The notes below the pieces were generated by a model, which saw nothing but the letters and a program-made list of their open reading frames with translations, did no database searches and had not been told where the DNA came from. The position numbers were made by a program, and so were the translations under genes. Positions 1 through 9,964 of a stretch of 64,000 nt of DNA are shown in pieces. The stretch spans positions 192,001-256,000 of the forward strand of contig CAVRKK010000002.1 in NCBI GenBank assembly GCA_963722385.1. Reading direction: 5' to 3'. The DNA is from an uncultured bacterium. GTDB taxonomy: Bacteria; Babelota; Babeliae; Babelales; Babelaceae. How positions within the stretch are numbered: the stretch's first letter is position 1; the number at the start of each line of letters is the position of its first letter.

Positions 1-1698
1 GTCGATGAACAGGCACAGGAATTTAAAAAGCTCTGGGATACCTACGAGATTGGCTACAACCATTTTATACGCACAACCGACGAAGCGCATAAGCGTGGCG
101 TACAGCTCTGGATAGAAAAATTATTGGCACAAGGCGATATTTATAAAGGTACGTATACCGGGCTCTATTGCGTCCCTTGCGAAACTTTTATTGGCCAACC
201 AGAAACCTACGCAAGCCCAGCGTGTGCTACCTGTGGCAGGCAGGTCATTGAGCTCTCCGAAGAATGTTACTTCTTTCGGCTCTCAGCGTATGCAGATCGG
301 CTTCTTGCTTTTTATCGCGAGCACCCCCACTTTGTTACACCCGCTGAACGCTTACATGAGCTCGTCAGCTTTGTCGAGTCAGGATTGAAAGACCTGAGTA
401 TCTCCCGAACAACGGTCACGTGGGGAATTCCCTTCCCTGGCGACGAGCGCCACAAGGTCTACGTCTGGGCCGACGCCCTCAACAACTATATCACCGCTAT
501 CGGCTATGGCGACCCGCAACGCGCGGAGGAATTTAAGCGCTGGTGGCCAGCAGATCTTGAGGTAATGGGTAAAGACATCATCAGGTTTCATGGCGTGTAC
601 TGGCCTGCTTTCTTAATGGCAACCGGTTTGCCGCTACCTCATCAACTCTTAGTACATGGCTGGATCAAGGTTGGCGAGCAAAAGATGTCAAAGTCGCTCG
701 GCAATGTCGTAGATCCATGGCAGCTCGCGCAGCGGTATGGAGCTGATGCTATTCGTTATTATCTGATATGCCACATGTCGATTGCCCAAGATTCCCCATT
801 CAGCATTGAAGACCTGGAAAAGCGGCTCAATGCCGACTTGGCCAATGACCTCGGCAATCTCTTAAATCGCATGCTCACGCTTGCGTCCAAGCATGGCATC
901 AATGTCGTGCAGGCACCCGGCCAGCTCCAGGGGCCAGAGCTTGATCTACGCGATAAATTATGGAGCACGCTGAGTGACTTTTCAAGTGACATGGAGGAAT
1001 ACTTCTTTCACCGCGCCTACTTACATGTCTGGAAATTTATAAGTCACGTTAATGCGTATTTCCATAGTCAGGAACCGTGGAAACTAGCAACCAGTGAACC
1101 GGAAAGGTTTAAGGCTGTGCTGTCGGCGACCTGTCACAGCTTGTATGCGGTGGGCGTGCTCGTTTGGCCGGTAATGCCAGTCAAAATGGAAGCATTGTTA
1201 GCTTCTCTCGGATTTACGATTGAGACAGGGACAAACATATTTGAGCGACTTTCGGTCGATCCCTGGCTCAAAACTTTTACGCTCAAGCCTATCGCCCCGC
1301 TTTTTATGCGCTATGAGCCCCAACCGATCATCATCGCCGAGCAAGCGCCGCACGTAGAAAAAGTACGCGAGATATCATTTGACGATTTTTCACGTATCGA
1401 CCTACGCGTGGGCACCATTATGACCTGCGCTGATGTGCCAAAATCAGAAAAGCTTTACCAACTTCAGGTAGACTTTGGCACCTTGGGAATGCGCACCATA
1501 TGTAGCGGCGTCAAGCACCACTTTCAGGCGCAGGACCTTGTGGGCAAGCAAGGGATCTTCGTCGTGAATTTGCCGGTACGTATGCTCATGGGTATTGAGT
1601 CGCAAGGAATGATGCTCTTCGCAAAAAGTGAAGATACTGGTAAATTTACGCTGGTAACGGTTGAACAGGGGGTTGCCAACGGGTCTCGGGTAAGTTAG
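1..1698 (+). CDS. metG: Methionine--tRNA ligase with C-terminal tRNA-binding domain, 5'-truncated by the window edge
   Basis: Frame is open from base 1 (VDEQAQEFKKLW...FIRTT). Zn knuckle CVPC/CATC, YVWADAL, GKDIIRFH, KMSKS, and a C-terminal OB-fold (DLRVGTI...SQGMML). Confidence 0.97.
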   Translation, partial: VDEQAQEFKKLWDTYEIGYNHFIRTTDEAHKRGVQLWIEKLLAQGDIYKGTYTGLYCVPCETFIGQPETYASPACATCGRQVIELSEECYFFRLSAYADRLLAFYREHPHFVTPAERLHELVSFVESGLKDLSISRTTVTWGIPFPGDERHKVYVWADALNNYITAIGYGDPQRAEEFKRWWPADLEVMGKDIIRFHGVYWPAFLMATGLPLPHQLLVHGWIKVGEQKMSKSLGNVVDPWQLAQRYGADAIRYYLICHMSIAQDSPFSIEDLEKRLNADLANDLGNLLNRMLTLASKHGINVVQAPGQLQGPELDLRDKLWSTLSDFSSDMEEYFFHRAYLHVWKFISHVNAYFHSQEPWKLATSEPERFKAVLSATCHSLYAVGVLVWPVMPVKMEALLASLGFTIETGTNIFERLSVDPWLKTFTLKPIAPLFMRYEPQPIIIAEQAPHVEKVREISFDDFSRIDLRVGTIMTCADVPKSEKLYQLQVDFGTLGMRTICSGVKHHFQAQDLVGKQGIFVVNLPVRMLMGIESQGMMLFAKSEDTGKFTLVTVEQGVANGSRVS

Positions 1699-1708
1699 GA
1701 TTGCAACG

Positions 1709-2608
1709 ATGGTAAAAAAGCTTCTTTTTTTGAGCATCTTGTGCTCTTTGGTGACTACTCGTGGCAACACGTGCGCACACAAGCCACGTATTTCGATTCT
1801 TGTCAACGTACCCGCAGAAGAAATACGATCGCGCCTCTTCATTGAGGATATACTCAATTTTAGAAATTTTGACACTTATGAGCTCGTGCTTATTATTCCT
1901 GGCCATTACGAACTTCTGCCGATGATACAGGAATATGCGACACGATTCCCCAATATTCGTTACCTACCGCTCGAAAACAACCCAGGCGTAAGCGAAGCCT
2001 TGAATCAGAGTATACTCACCGCGCGCGCCGACCTTCTCACGATGTCGTCGGTTGACGACCGGCTCAATGCTCAGATGCTTGATGAGCAGATACGCTTTCT
2101 TGAGGAAAACCAGGCCATCGATCTTGTTTATACGCGCTTTATTATTACCGACACCGTTCAGGAATCTTTTGAGAAGTGCCCGCGCCAATTTATAGGCGAT
2201 GCATTGCCATTTTCACCCGCTGCCATGAACCATGACCTTGTGGGGCCTATGCCCGTCTGGCGCAGATCGATGCACCAACAATATGGCTATTTTTGCGCTG
2301 ATCTTTGCTCGCTGCACACCATAGAGTTTTGGAATCGCGCGGCGAGCAATGGTTCGGTATTTAGTCAACTTGACGGTTACGGCGCTTGTTATCTAGCAAG
2401 CGCTCTGCCCGATCATGCACCATATGCTCGCGAGCTCGCTTTTATAAGAAAAACCTATAGCGCTTATTGGAATAGTTTTGGTGATCGCCAAAAGAGCGAT
2501 ATCACGAAAACTATTGATCAACCAAAGGTTGCTGCGTGCTCTGCTCAGCTATCAGAGTTGTGTCCGACTACTTTTTTACGCGATGTGAATACGATAATAT
2601 TGCCGTAA
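1709..2608 (+). CDS. Family 2 glycosyltransferase with N-terminal signal peptide
   Basis: GT-A-like motifs ISILV, YELVLI, NPGVSEALN, SVDD, GPMPVWRR; hydrophobic N-terminus. Confidence 0.75.
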   Translation: MVKKLLFLSILCSLVTTRGNTCAHKPRISILVNVPAEEIRSRLFIEDILNFRNFDTYELVLIIPGHYELLPMIQEYATRFPNIRYLPLENNPGVSEALNQSILTARADLLTMSSVDDRLNAQMLDEQIRFLEENQAIDLVYTRFIITDTVQESFEKCPRQFIGDALPFSPAAMNHDLVGPMPVWRRSMHQQYGYFCADLCSLHTIEFWNRAASNGSVFSQLDGYGACYLASALPDHAPYARELAFIRKTYSAYWNSFGDRQKSDITKTIDQPKVAACSAQLSELCPTTFLRDVNTIILP

Positions 2609-2669
2609 ATCCCAGGAGGCTCTTTTACCACCTTTCTTAATTATAATAACAAAAAACCATCAAGCTTTC

Positions 2670-3584
2670 ATGTGTATCATGTTAAAATTTTTGCAGTTCT
2701 TAAGCTTCATATTGATAATCACCACGAGTATACAAGGATCGGCACAAAGTGCTGATTTAATTATCTTCTCATTTGACCGGCCTCTGCAATTTTATGCGTT
2801 AATGGAGTCGATTGAGCGCTACGTTACCGGGCTAAGGAGTGTAAGCGTTTTATATCGGGTCAGTTCGCCTGAGTTTAATCAAGCCTATGATAGCTGCTTT
2901 GAGCGATTTAAGCATTTCAACATTTTAATTCGTGCGGTCAAACAAGGCGAGAACCCTCGGGCAGATTTTAAGCCACTTATCTTATCACTCATGGAACAAA
3001 CCGGCGACTATATCCTCTTCGCTGTTGATGACCTGTTAGTTAAAGATTTTATTAATCTTGATGAATGTATAACGCATCTTGAAGAGCATAAGGCCTATGG
3101 CTTTTATTTAAGAATGGGCAACAATATCACCCACTGTTACTCGGCAAACATGCCGAGCCCTGTCCCTCCTTATGAGCTCCACGACAACCTCATAAAATGG
3201 AAATTTGGTGATGGCGTTGGCGAGTACTCAGAATGGCGCTATTCAAATTCGCTTGATATGACGCTTTATCGCAAACATGATCTGCTTGGGACTTTTAGGG
3301 AGCTCGACTATGTTTCTCCAAATGTGCTGGAGATGGTCTGGGCATGGCGAAGCCATGAAAATTTGTCAAAACAGGGGATTTGCTTTACGGTCTCAAAAAC
3401 AATTAACGTTCCGCTCAACTTGGCACAACAGGATTGGCCCATATCGCTTAATATGGGATATACGCTTGCGCAGCTTCTTAAGCTATTCCAGCTTGGGTAT
3501 CGGCTCAATATAAAGCATTATTTTAGGCTTGAAAATAGTGCGCCACACGTCGAAGTGGTGCCGCATTTGATTAGACATTTTTAA
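2670..3584 (+). CDS. Exported glycosyltransferase-like protein
   Basis: Signal peptide; IIFSFDRP and ILFAVDD motifs; adjacent to the GT2 gene. Confidence 0.55.
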   Translation: MCIMLKFLQFLSFILIITTSIQGSAQSADLIIFSFDRPLQFYALMESIERYVTGLRSVSVLYRVSSPEFNQAYDSCFERFKHFNILIRAVKQGENPRADFKPLILSLMEQTGDYILFAVDDLLVKDFINLDECITHLEEHKAYGFYLRMGNNITHCYSANMPSPVPPYELHDNLIKWKFGDGVGEYSEWRYSNSLDMTLYRKHDLLGTFRELDYVSPNVLEMVWAWRSHENLSKQGICFTVSKTINVPLNLAQQDWPISLNMGYTLAQLLKLFQLGYRLNIKHYFRLENSAPHVEVVPHLIRHF

Positions 3585-3600
3585 AGATTTTAATGATATA

Positions 3601-3720
3601 TTGTATTTAATTTTACTATTTGTTGGTTCCGTTATTAATCAAACGAATGCTGCTAATTTTGGATTAGCACGGTATAACCAAGACGGTTCGCTCGATACAA
3701 CTTTTAACGCCGAAGGCCCC
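3601..3720 (+). pseudogene. Fragment containing one delta-60 (DUF5122-like) repeat
   Basis: NFGLARYNQDGSLDTTFN matches the delta-60 repeat consensus. There is no convincing start, and the frame runs into GC-rich hairpin sequence. Confidence 0.55.
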
Positions 3721-4023
3721 CTCCCACAGCTCCGGAGGCCTTGCCCTGGCCGGCTGACGGAGGCCGCGCCCGGCCGAGAGGGCGCGTGTGCTTGCTGTAA
3801 GGAAAAATTGTTGAGACCTGGAACTTTCTACGCGCGCGCGTGCATACGCGTGAATATTAATTTAATTAAATAACGCGAATTCGATGGAAGGCTTTTTTGA
3901 TCTAAATGAGTAAGCAATTAGAGAAGAAAAGATGGAGGCTAAAAAGTTGATAGACTTCTATGCTCAATAGAAATGGAAGACTTAAGGACACCAATAGCAG
4001 ACTCCACGAGCCATAATGCTTTT

Positions 4024-5232
4024 TTAATTAACTAATTTAGTCCGTTCTTCCAAAGTATTTTTGAAAAAGTGCTTTTTGAGTAAAAAGATACCGATTCCAG
4101 CGACAACAGCTAAAATGACGGCTCCTGCGCCGCCGCCAACACTCATTCCTATGATACAACCGGTACCGCAGCCGTCACCAGAATTAGCATCTGATTTTAA
4201 AGATGCTATGGTTATACTACCTGGGCCAACGAAAAGCCCGTTTACTGAAGCAAGGTAGGCGCCATTAGGTGAAAATGCTAGTGCTTCGGATGTGGTATCG
4301 TGCGTATCGAAGACATAAGAAATTGCCTTGCTTAAGCCTTCATCAGTCACGGTAAATAGAGTCACATCATTTGAATACGCGTTAGCGGTTGCAAGGCAGC
4401 TACCCGTTGGTGAAAATGCTACTACCAGAGGCTTGTCAGAACCTGATGGTAAAACATAAGAAGTTCCTTGAGTGAGTATTCCATCGATTAACCTAAACAG
4501 GGTTACATCACTTGAGCCATAATTAGCAGTAGCACAATATAAGCCGCTCGGTGAGAATGCCACTGACTGTGGCGAGCTCGAAGTAACAGGCAAAGGATAC
4601 GAAGTGCCGTTGCCGAGGATCTCTTCAGCTTCTACCTTAAAAGCGGTCACGTCGTTTGAAGCTTGATTAGCCGTAGCAAGATACGAGCTATCAGGAGAAA
4701 ACGCTACTGAATAGGGACCAGCAGAACCAGAAGGTAATGGATATGAAGTACCGTTGCTCAAGGTGCCTCCTGTTTCTACCTTAAATAGTGTCACGTCGTT
4801 TGAAACTTGATTAGCCGTAGCAAGGTACTTGCCATTTGGTGAAAATGCTACTGAGTAGGCTTCTGAAGAACCCGGCAAGAAGTAGTTCCTTGCGTTTGGG
4901 TCTAATGTCCCATCCGGATTTACCGTAGATATGGCCACACCACCGGAACACGTAGCAAGATATAAGCCATTTGGTGAAAAGTCTATTGACTGGTCGCTAT
5001 CACGTGGATAGGTAGTCCCTGCGTTTAAAATTCCCTTAGTAAGCGTAAACATGGTCACACTTCCAGCATTAGCGGTAGCCAGATAAAGTCCATTTGGTGA
5101 AAATACCATTGCTGCAGGGCTTATAACATTATCATGTAGAGAATTGGTCTATGAAGATGAGACTGAACAGGTCTGGGACACCACATTGCTTGCAAAAGAA
5201 AGTGTTAGAATTAAGAAAAATAGTTCTTTCAT
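4024..5232 (-). pseudogene. Seven-bladed lactonase-like beta-propeller with C-terminal TM helix; in-frame TAG after the signal peptide
   Basis: Seven xAFSPxGxYLATAN repeats. RBS (CAGGAG) and ATG at 5232 encode MKELFFLILTLSFASNVVSQTCSVSSS, then TAG at 5149-5151, in frame with ORF 4024..5109. Confidence 0.75.
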
Positions 5233-5395
5233 GTATCTCTCCTGAGAATCTTGAGATCTTTTCTACTCTAAGAGATTAACCGTATTTATTGCTGTTATCA
5301 AGTCGAGCGGTTGCATTGGTCGTCACAAGAAATCAAAGCCGTGGCCCATATTTGTTCGTATTTTAAGAAATGGCTGAATAGTAGTTCATCAAGAA

Positions 5396-5692
5396 GTAAA
5401 GCACGGCCGGCTTAAAAGCCGGCGCTTTCTGCTTCGAGATTGAGGCTCTATTGATTTTTAATGTATTCTCTGATTTTGTCTTCGCTAACTTGACCCGATG
5501 TTTCAGCAAAATATCCATCTGCCCAAAAGCTTTTACCCCACAAAAATTCTTTTAATTCAGGGAATTCTTCTCGAATTACTCTGCTGCTACTACCTTTGAA
5601 TAGCTGCACCATTTTGCTTACGCTTATTTCAGGCCTCATTTCACAAGTACATATACATGATCTTTTTGTATATTTAGCTCTTCTATTTTCCA
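5396..5692 (-). pseudogene. tnpA: IS200/IS605 TnpA (Y1 transposase) 3' fragment with right-end hairpin
   Basis: WKIEELNIQKDHVYVLV, a frameshift, then EMRPEISVSKMVQLFKGSSS...FWADGYF...IREYIKNQ; hairpin GCCGGCTT-AA-AAGCCGGC at 5406-5423. Confidence 0.85.
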
Positions 5693-6045
5693 TCGCCGAC
5701 TTCTCCTTTTTTTGGGTTTGAATTTTAAAAAAGGATAGTACTTTGCTCGTTTTTTTCTACTTTTTCTTATGTCGAATTCGCGTTAAATAAAACATTTCAG
5801 ATTTGATGCTGCCATGCCGGCATCTTTATTGCTAATTTTAATTATGTTTTTTCTTGTGTGAAAAAACTTTACTTTTTAATAGTTTGACTATTTAATATAT
5901 TTATACTAACATTTTAATATCCAATGGCACTTCTTAAAAGAGTAACAATAGAGAGCAATGTGTGTCAAAGGTGAGCACAGCAACACAATAAAGCACGCTG
6001 GCCAAACTAAATCAAAATATTTTCTACCACTCACAAGGAGTAATC

Positions 6046-7119
6046 ATGCACAATGGTATACATCGAGTGCTCATATTTTTATCATGCAGCGGCTTTGCAA
6101 TGGCTGCCGGAGCAGAACCAGCTGAGAACTTATTCATCGGACTTAAAGACGTTATTGATGCTGGAAAGGTATATGCTGAGGATACCGATCGCATGACCGA
6201 CAAGCTAGCACTGTATGCATGCGCGGATCAATACGTCGATGCCCTGACGTTTCAGCCTACGAATAAGGAAAAAATCTCTGAGTATCACGCTTGTTTAAGA
6301 ACAGTCAGCGAAAGCGAGTATGCAGAGACAAACAAGCAGTTTGTGGGATTTGAACCTTATTTGATTCAATATGAAGACGAAGAAGAATATAATAAGCGAT
6401 GGGCAATCACCAAATTGCTGAGCAAAACAACGGTGAAACTTCCCCACCCTTTGGCACTTCTTAAAAAAGCCGCAGAAGACCTCGGAAAATTCGCTTTTGT
6501 CAACGCGGTCGATGAACAGAAAAACTATAAGCCTCGTGACCGGTTTGTTGTTACCATAAAAGATGCGATGTTACTCGTTCTTGATCGCCAAAAATACGGC
6601 AAGCAAACTTTCGAAACCAAGCTCAAAGAAAAACTGGCTATTTTAGCTGACCTCTGCGCAAAAAATACGGTCTTCCAAAAAGATGAACTCGCCGATAAAA
6701 AAGATGAGCAACTTGAAAGTGAGTACTCATCTGAAACTCTGATCGACCTAGGCCAAAAAATTGGCTCGATCTTAGCAAGCGCTGGCGGCCAGCATGTTCT
6801 TCCTTATGAAGAGAGAATTAAATTGGGCGTTGAGGTAGCTCAAGTGCTGTTTCCCGTCTATAGCTCAATATTAAGGGCCAATGCTGAAGGCAAAGATTTA
6901 AAATTGGGCATGAGTGAGCTCGTAAAACTTGGCGATGAGGAAATTCAATCTTTCGAAAAAAATAAAGGCTCGTTGGAAGGCGATTTCGACGCCAAATTTT
7001 ACGCTATATCGATGATCTTATTTCAGCTCAATAAACTACAAGAAAGCAAATCAACCAAATCGGTAAAAAAGGCCGAGTTCAAAGAAAAAAATCCGCTTGA
7101 AAACGCTTTTGTGCTCTAA
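6046..7119 (+). CDS. Exported hypothetical protein, probably helical
   Basis: 357-aa ORF, RBS AAGGAG, signal peptide. Confidence 0.8.
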   Translation: MHNGIHRVLIFLSCSGFAMAAGAEPAENLFIGLKDVIDAGKVYAEDTDRMTDKLALYACADQYVDALTFQPTNKEKISEYHACLRTVSESEYAETNKQFVGFEPYLIQYEDEEEYNKRWAITKLLSKTTVKLPHPLALLKKAAEDLGKFAFVNAVDEQKNYKPRDRFVVTIKDAMLLVLDRQKYGKQTFETKLKEKLAILADLCAKNTVFQKDELADKKDEQLESEYSSETLIDLGQKIGSILASAGGQHVLPYEERIKLGVEVAQVLFPVYSSILRANAEGKDLKLGMSELVKLGDEEIQSFEKNKGSLEGDFDAKFYAISMILFQLNKLQESKSTKSVKKAEFKEKNPLENAFVL

Positions 7120-7152
7120 AGAGTAAACAAATAACAACGTGACAGGAATTTT

Positions 7153-8499
7153 ATGAAAAATTGCAATCAACTTATTTTTAGCATCGGTTTGTTGTGCTTT
7201 GCTGCGGCAAGCTTTGGCCAATCAGATGTGGTAATGAGGCAGGATATCCTTGCTCATGATTCGAAATATATCGTAGGAGACGAAGAGACTGAAATTACGA
7301 AAGAGTACATAACTGCGCTGGCCCTTGATGGAATGCGCCGTCTTTTCGAATCTGGCCTTGAATTTCTTAGCAGAGATGCAAAATCAACCATGAGCGAAAT
7401 TGAAAGAAAAGAAGAGGCGGTCGAATGCGCCTTTAAGCATGCTCTCATCTCAAGCGAGAATGACTATTGGAGTGATCATTACATAGCATGCGTAAAGGCT
7501 ACCGGTCAACTCGGCGGCAACATACGTAAAGACTGCGCTGGTAACGGAATTTGCATGAGCCGTTCGAGCCCGACTTTTAAAAATAATAAATTCTATAAAC
7601 CATGTGGATGGCGTGATTTTTCGCTTACGGGATTAGCTTATGACGATTGGTATTATCCTGGGCCTCTTGCAGTCATCTACTGGGCAATGGGAAATGTCGG
7701 GAAAGTTGCTATTGACCTGTCTAAAGATCCAAATACAGAACAAAAATTTCTTGACGATATCAATGCCATTCTTGAAATTATTGAAGCACGTAACCGTATG
7801 GGGCGCAAGGCCTATATTGCTGAGATGGACCAACGCTTCCGTTCTGTCCAGAGCATGATCGATGCCCACGCAAAATCTAAGGTCAATCAACAAGCCGGAA
7901 TTCTTAATCTGATGAATCTTCGTTTAACCGAAGAAGGGGCAAGTAAGTTAGGTCAAGTTGCTTTTGAAGAAGTTAATCGCGCTTATGCATCAAAGCCTAT
8001 CAGCGCTGAAAACGCAAAGGCGCTCGCTCTTTTTGTTTTGAGCAATCCCATAATATCCGAGTTGTTACAAAAGCAAAATGGAGAAGACCTCCAGGATTCT
8101 CTCGATGAAATAATTGAGGCTTATAATCTCATTTTCAACAAATACGTAGAACAAGGTGCTTCGAGCAAGGCTTCAGTGCGCATGTCAGAAAAAATGAAGG
8201 TAGCAACCAAAACGTTGGGGGCATACTACCTTAATGATATGCATGGCTTTTCCAAACAGGAAGTTGAGGCTGATCCGTTGAAAAATGCTTTTAAGATCGG
8301 TCGCATCCTCGGCAAAAATGCGCGCACCGCAGAATATGATACAGAAGAACGATCAGCTGCTCGTCTTACAGAACAAGGCAATCGCATCAATGAGTATCAA
8401 AAATTAAGCGAGCAACAACAGCGGCTTTCGCTCGGCGATGGTGCAACACTGGCCCCTAAGCTCAACGAGAGCAAAAATACGATTAAAGACGAACTTTAA
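7153..8499 (+). CDS. Exported hypothetical protein ending in KDEL
   Basis: 448-aa ORF; signal peptide (...FAAASFG); ends NTIKDEL-stop; followed by a terminator-like hairpin. Confidence 0.85.
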   Translation: MKNCNQLIFSIGLLCFAAASFGQSDVVMRQDILAHDSKYIVGDEETEITKEYITALALDGMRRLFESGLEFLSRDAKSTMSEIERKEEAVECAFKHALISSENDYWSDHYIACVKATGQLGGNIRKDCAGNGICMSRSSPTFKNNKFYKPCGWRDFSLTGLAYDDWYYPGPLAVIYWAMGNVGKVAIDLSKDPNTEQKFLDDINAILEIIEARNRMGRKAYIAEMDQRFRSVQSMIDAHAKSKVNQQAGILNLMNLRLTEEGASKLGQVAFEEVNRAYASKPISAENAKALALFVLSNPIISELLQKQNGEDLQDSLDEIIEAYNLIFNKYVEQGASSKASVRMSEKMKVATKTLGAYYLNDMHGFSKQEVEADPLKNAFKIGRILGKNARTAEYDTEERSAARLTEQGNRINEYQKLSEQQQRLSLGDGATLAPKLNESKNTIKDEL

Positions 8500-8521
8500 A
8501 AACATTAAACATCTATGTTTG

Positions 8522-8554
8522 GAAGGCGCCTCAGTTGCAGGCGCCTTCTTTCTT
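8522..8554 (+). terminator. Rho-independent terminator
   Basis: GAAGGCGCCT-CAGTTGC-AGGCGCCTTC followed by TTTCTT. Confidence 0.7.
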
Positions 8555-8705
8555 AATGGCCCCGTCAGCTTTTGCTCCTGGGAAATGTCCACCACCACCT
8601 CCTTCTCATGGCAACCATATCGAGTTATAACTTTTTTGGAAAGGTGGAAATTAGCTTTGTTTACGACGCAGCAATTCACGTCAATTATCTCGAGCTTTGG
8701 TGGAG

Positions 8706-9902
8706 CTATATTTTTTGTATTATTTCTTCCAAGGCTCGAATAAGCCCTCCCGAATATTGCCAACTAAGAACTTTAGCATCACTCCAGCTACGATTTTCCG
8801 ACCCACCATAGACGACCAAGCTCTGCTGCGGAGTTTTTGGTGCAATTGTTTTCCAGTAATCAAATTGCTTGAAAAAGTCAGAAGCAACCGTTTTAGCAGC
8901 CTTAATTTCGAGAGGAATGGTGTACTGCGACTCCTCAATAATGCAGTCAATTTCGTTTCCTTTACTATCCCGCCAAAAATAAAGAGATGGTCGGCGATCA
9001 AGATTATAATATTGTTTGAACAAATCAGAAATAATAAATGTTTCTACCAGCGCCCCTCGCATATGATGATTCATAACTTCTGTAGAAGACCGAATGTTTA
9101 ATAATGAACATGCAATGCCGGTATCAACAAAATAAAATTTGGGCGATTTGATGAGCCGTTTGCCAAAATTTTCATAATAGGGATAGAGCAAAAAGATAAC
9201 GTAACTTGCCTCAAGTACTGAAATCCATGAGCTAATAGTCTTATGGTCGACACCAAGATCGCTGCCAAGCCCGGAAAGATTAAGAATTTGCCCAGTTCTG
9301 CCGGCACATAGTTGGAGAAAACGTCTAAATAAGTTTACTGATGCTATGTTTTTTATCTGGCGCACATCGCGCTCAATGTACGAAGTTATATAGTGGGAAT
9401 AGACTTTGAGGGGCGGAAGATTTTCTGCGTACACGATGGGATACGCTCCCTGAAATACCGCTTCCTCAATTTTTGAAGGTAGTAATGATGAACCGCTCAA
9501 TTCGTGAATAGAAAGAGGAAAAAGCGTAAATAGTGCAATACGTCCAGCAAGCGTTTGAGTTACCGCTTGATTAACAAGAATATTTTGAGAACCGGTAATA
9601 ATAAAATACCCTTTTTTCTTTTCACGATCTACCATAGTCTGAATATAAGAGAGCAAGCTAGGCACATGCTGAATTTCATCAAGAATGATCCCTGCTTCAC
9701 TTGCAAAATCATTGAGAAACCGGCGAGGGTCATTCGTGGCAATCAATCGGTTATCGAGATCTTCGAGCGAAACATAGCTATGCTTGCTAAAAATACTTTG
9801 AACAAGAGTGGTCTTTCCCGATTGACGTGGACCCAAAACTGCAATCACCGGGAATTGGCTTGCGGCCTCTATAAGCTGATTAGTTATATCACGAGCTATC
9901 AT
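8706..9902 (-). CDS. AAA_14 ATPase with DUF4143 domain
   Basis: Walker A GPRQSGKT, Walker B ILDEIQ, TGS, KSPKFYFVDTG, FWRDSKGNEID...EIK. Start placed at MIARDI (9902). Confidence 0.9.
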   Translation of the reverse strand: MIARDITNQLIEAASQFPVIAVLGPRQSGKTTLVQSIFSKHSYVSLEDLDNRLIATNDPRRFLNDFASEAGIILDEIQHVPSLLSYIQTMVDREKKKGYFIITGSQNILVNQAVTQTLAGRIALFTLFPLSIHELSGSSLLPSKIEEAVFQGAYPIVYAENLPPLKVYSHYITSYIERDVRQIKNIASVNLFRRFLQLCAGRTGQILNLSGLGSDLGVDHKTISSWISVLEASYVIFLLYPYYENFGKRLIKSPKFYFVDTGIACSLLNIRSSTEVMNHHMRGALVETFIISDLFKQYYNLDRRPSLYFWRDSKGNEIDCIIEESQYTIPLEIKAAKTVASDFFKQFDYWKTIAPKTPQQSLVVYGGSENRSWSDAKVLSWQYSGGLIRALEEIIQKI

Positions 9903-9927
9903 ATTAGCGACCCTTCTTCGAGAAAGC

Positions 9928-9964
9928 TGGTACAAATTGGGAATCCAATTCCCAATTTGTACCA
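9928..9964. promoter_or_regulatory. Perfect 17-bp inverted repeat, putative operator
   Basis: TGGTACAAATTGGGAAT-CCA-ATTCCCAATTTGTACCA, 25 bp upstream of the ATPase start. Confidence 0.55.

Larger units (their letters stand above)
3873..5783 (-). mobile_element. Non-autonomous IS982-type element carrying cargo
   Basis: Terminal IR ACGCGAATTCGA (3873-3884) / TCGAATTCGCGT (5772-5783); direct repeat TAAATA at 3867-3872 and 5784-5789; transposase C-terminal remnant INFLASIFSSLIAYSFRSKKPSIEF on the minus strand at about 3876-3950. Confidence 0.75.

Noticed and set aside
5448..5693. 81-aa ORF as a functional transposase
   Set aside because: It lacks the N-terminus; the HUH motif is out of frame and mutated.
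5925..6466. 15-mer TGGCACTTCTTAAAA upstream of and inside gene 6046, as a sigma54 promoter or regulatory repeat
   Set aside because: No TTGC -12 element; AT-rich; one copy is coding; probably chance.
6046..8499. Paralogy of the two adjacent exported proteins (NPLENAF versus DPLKNAF)
   Set aside because: Only one short motif matches, which is not enough without a profile alignment.
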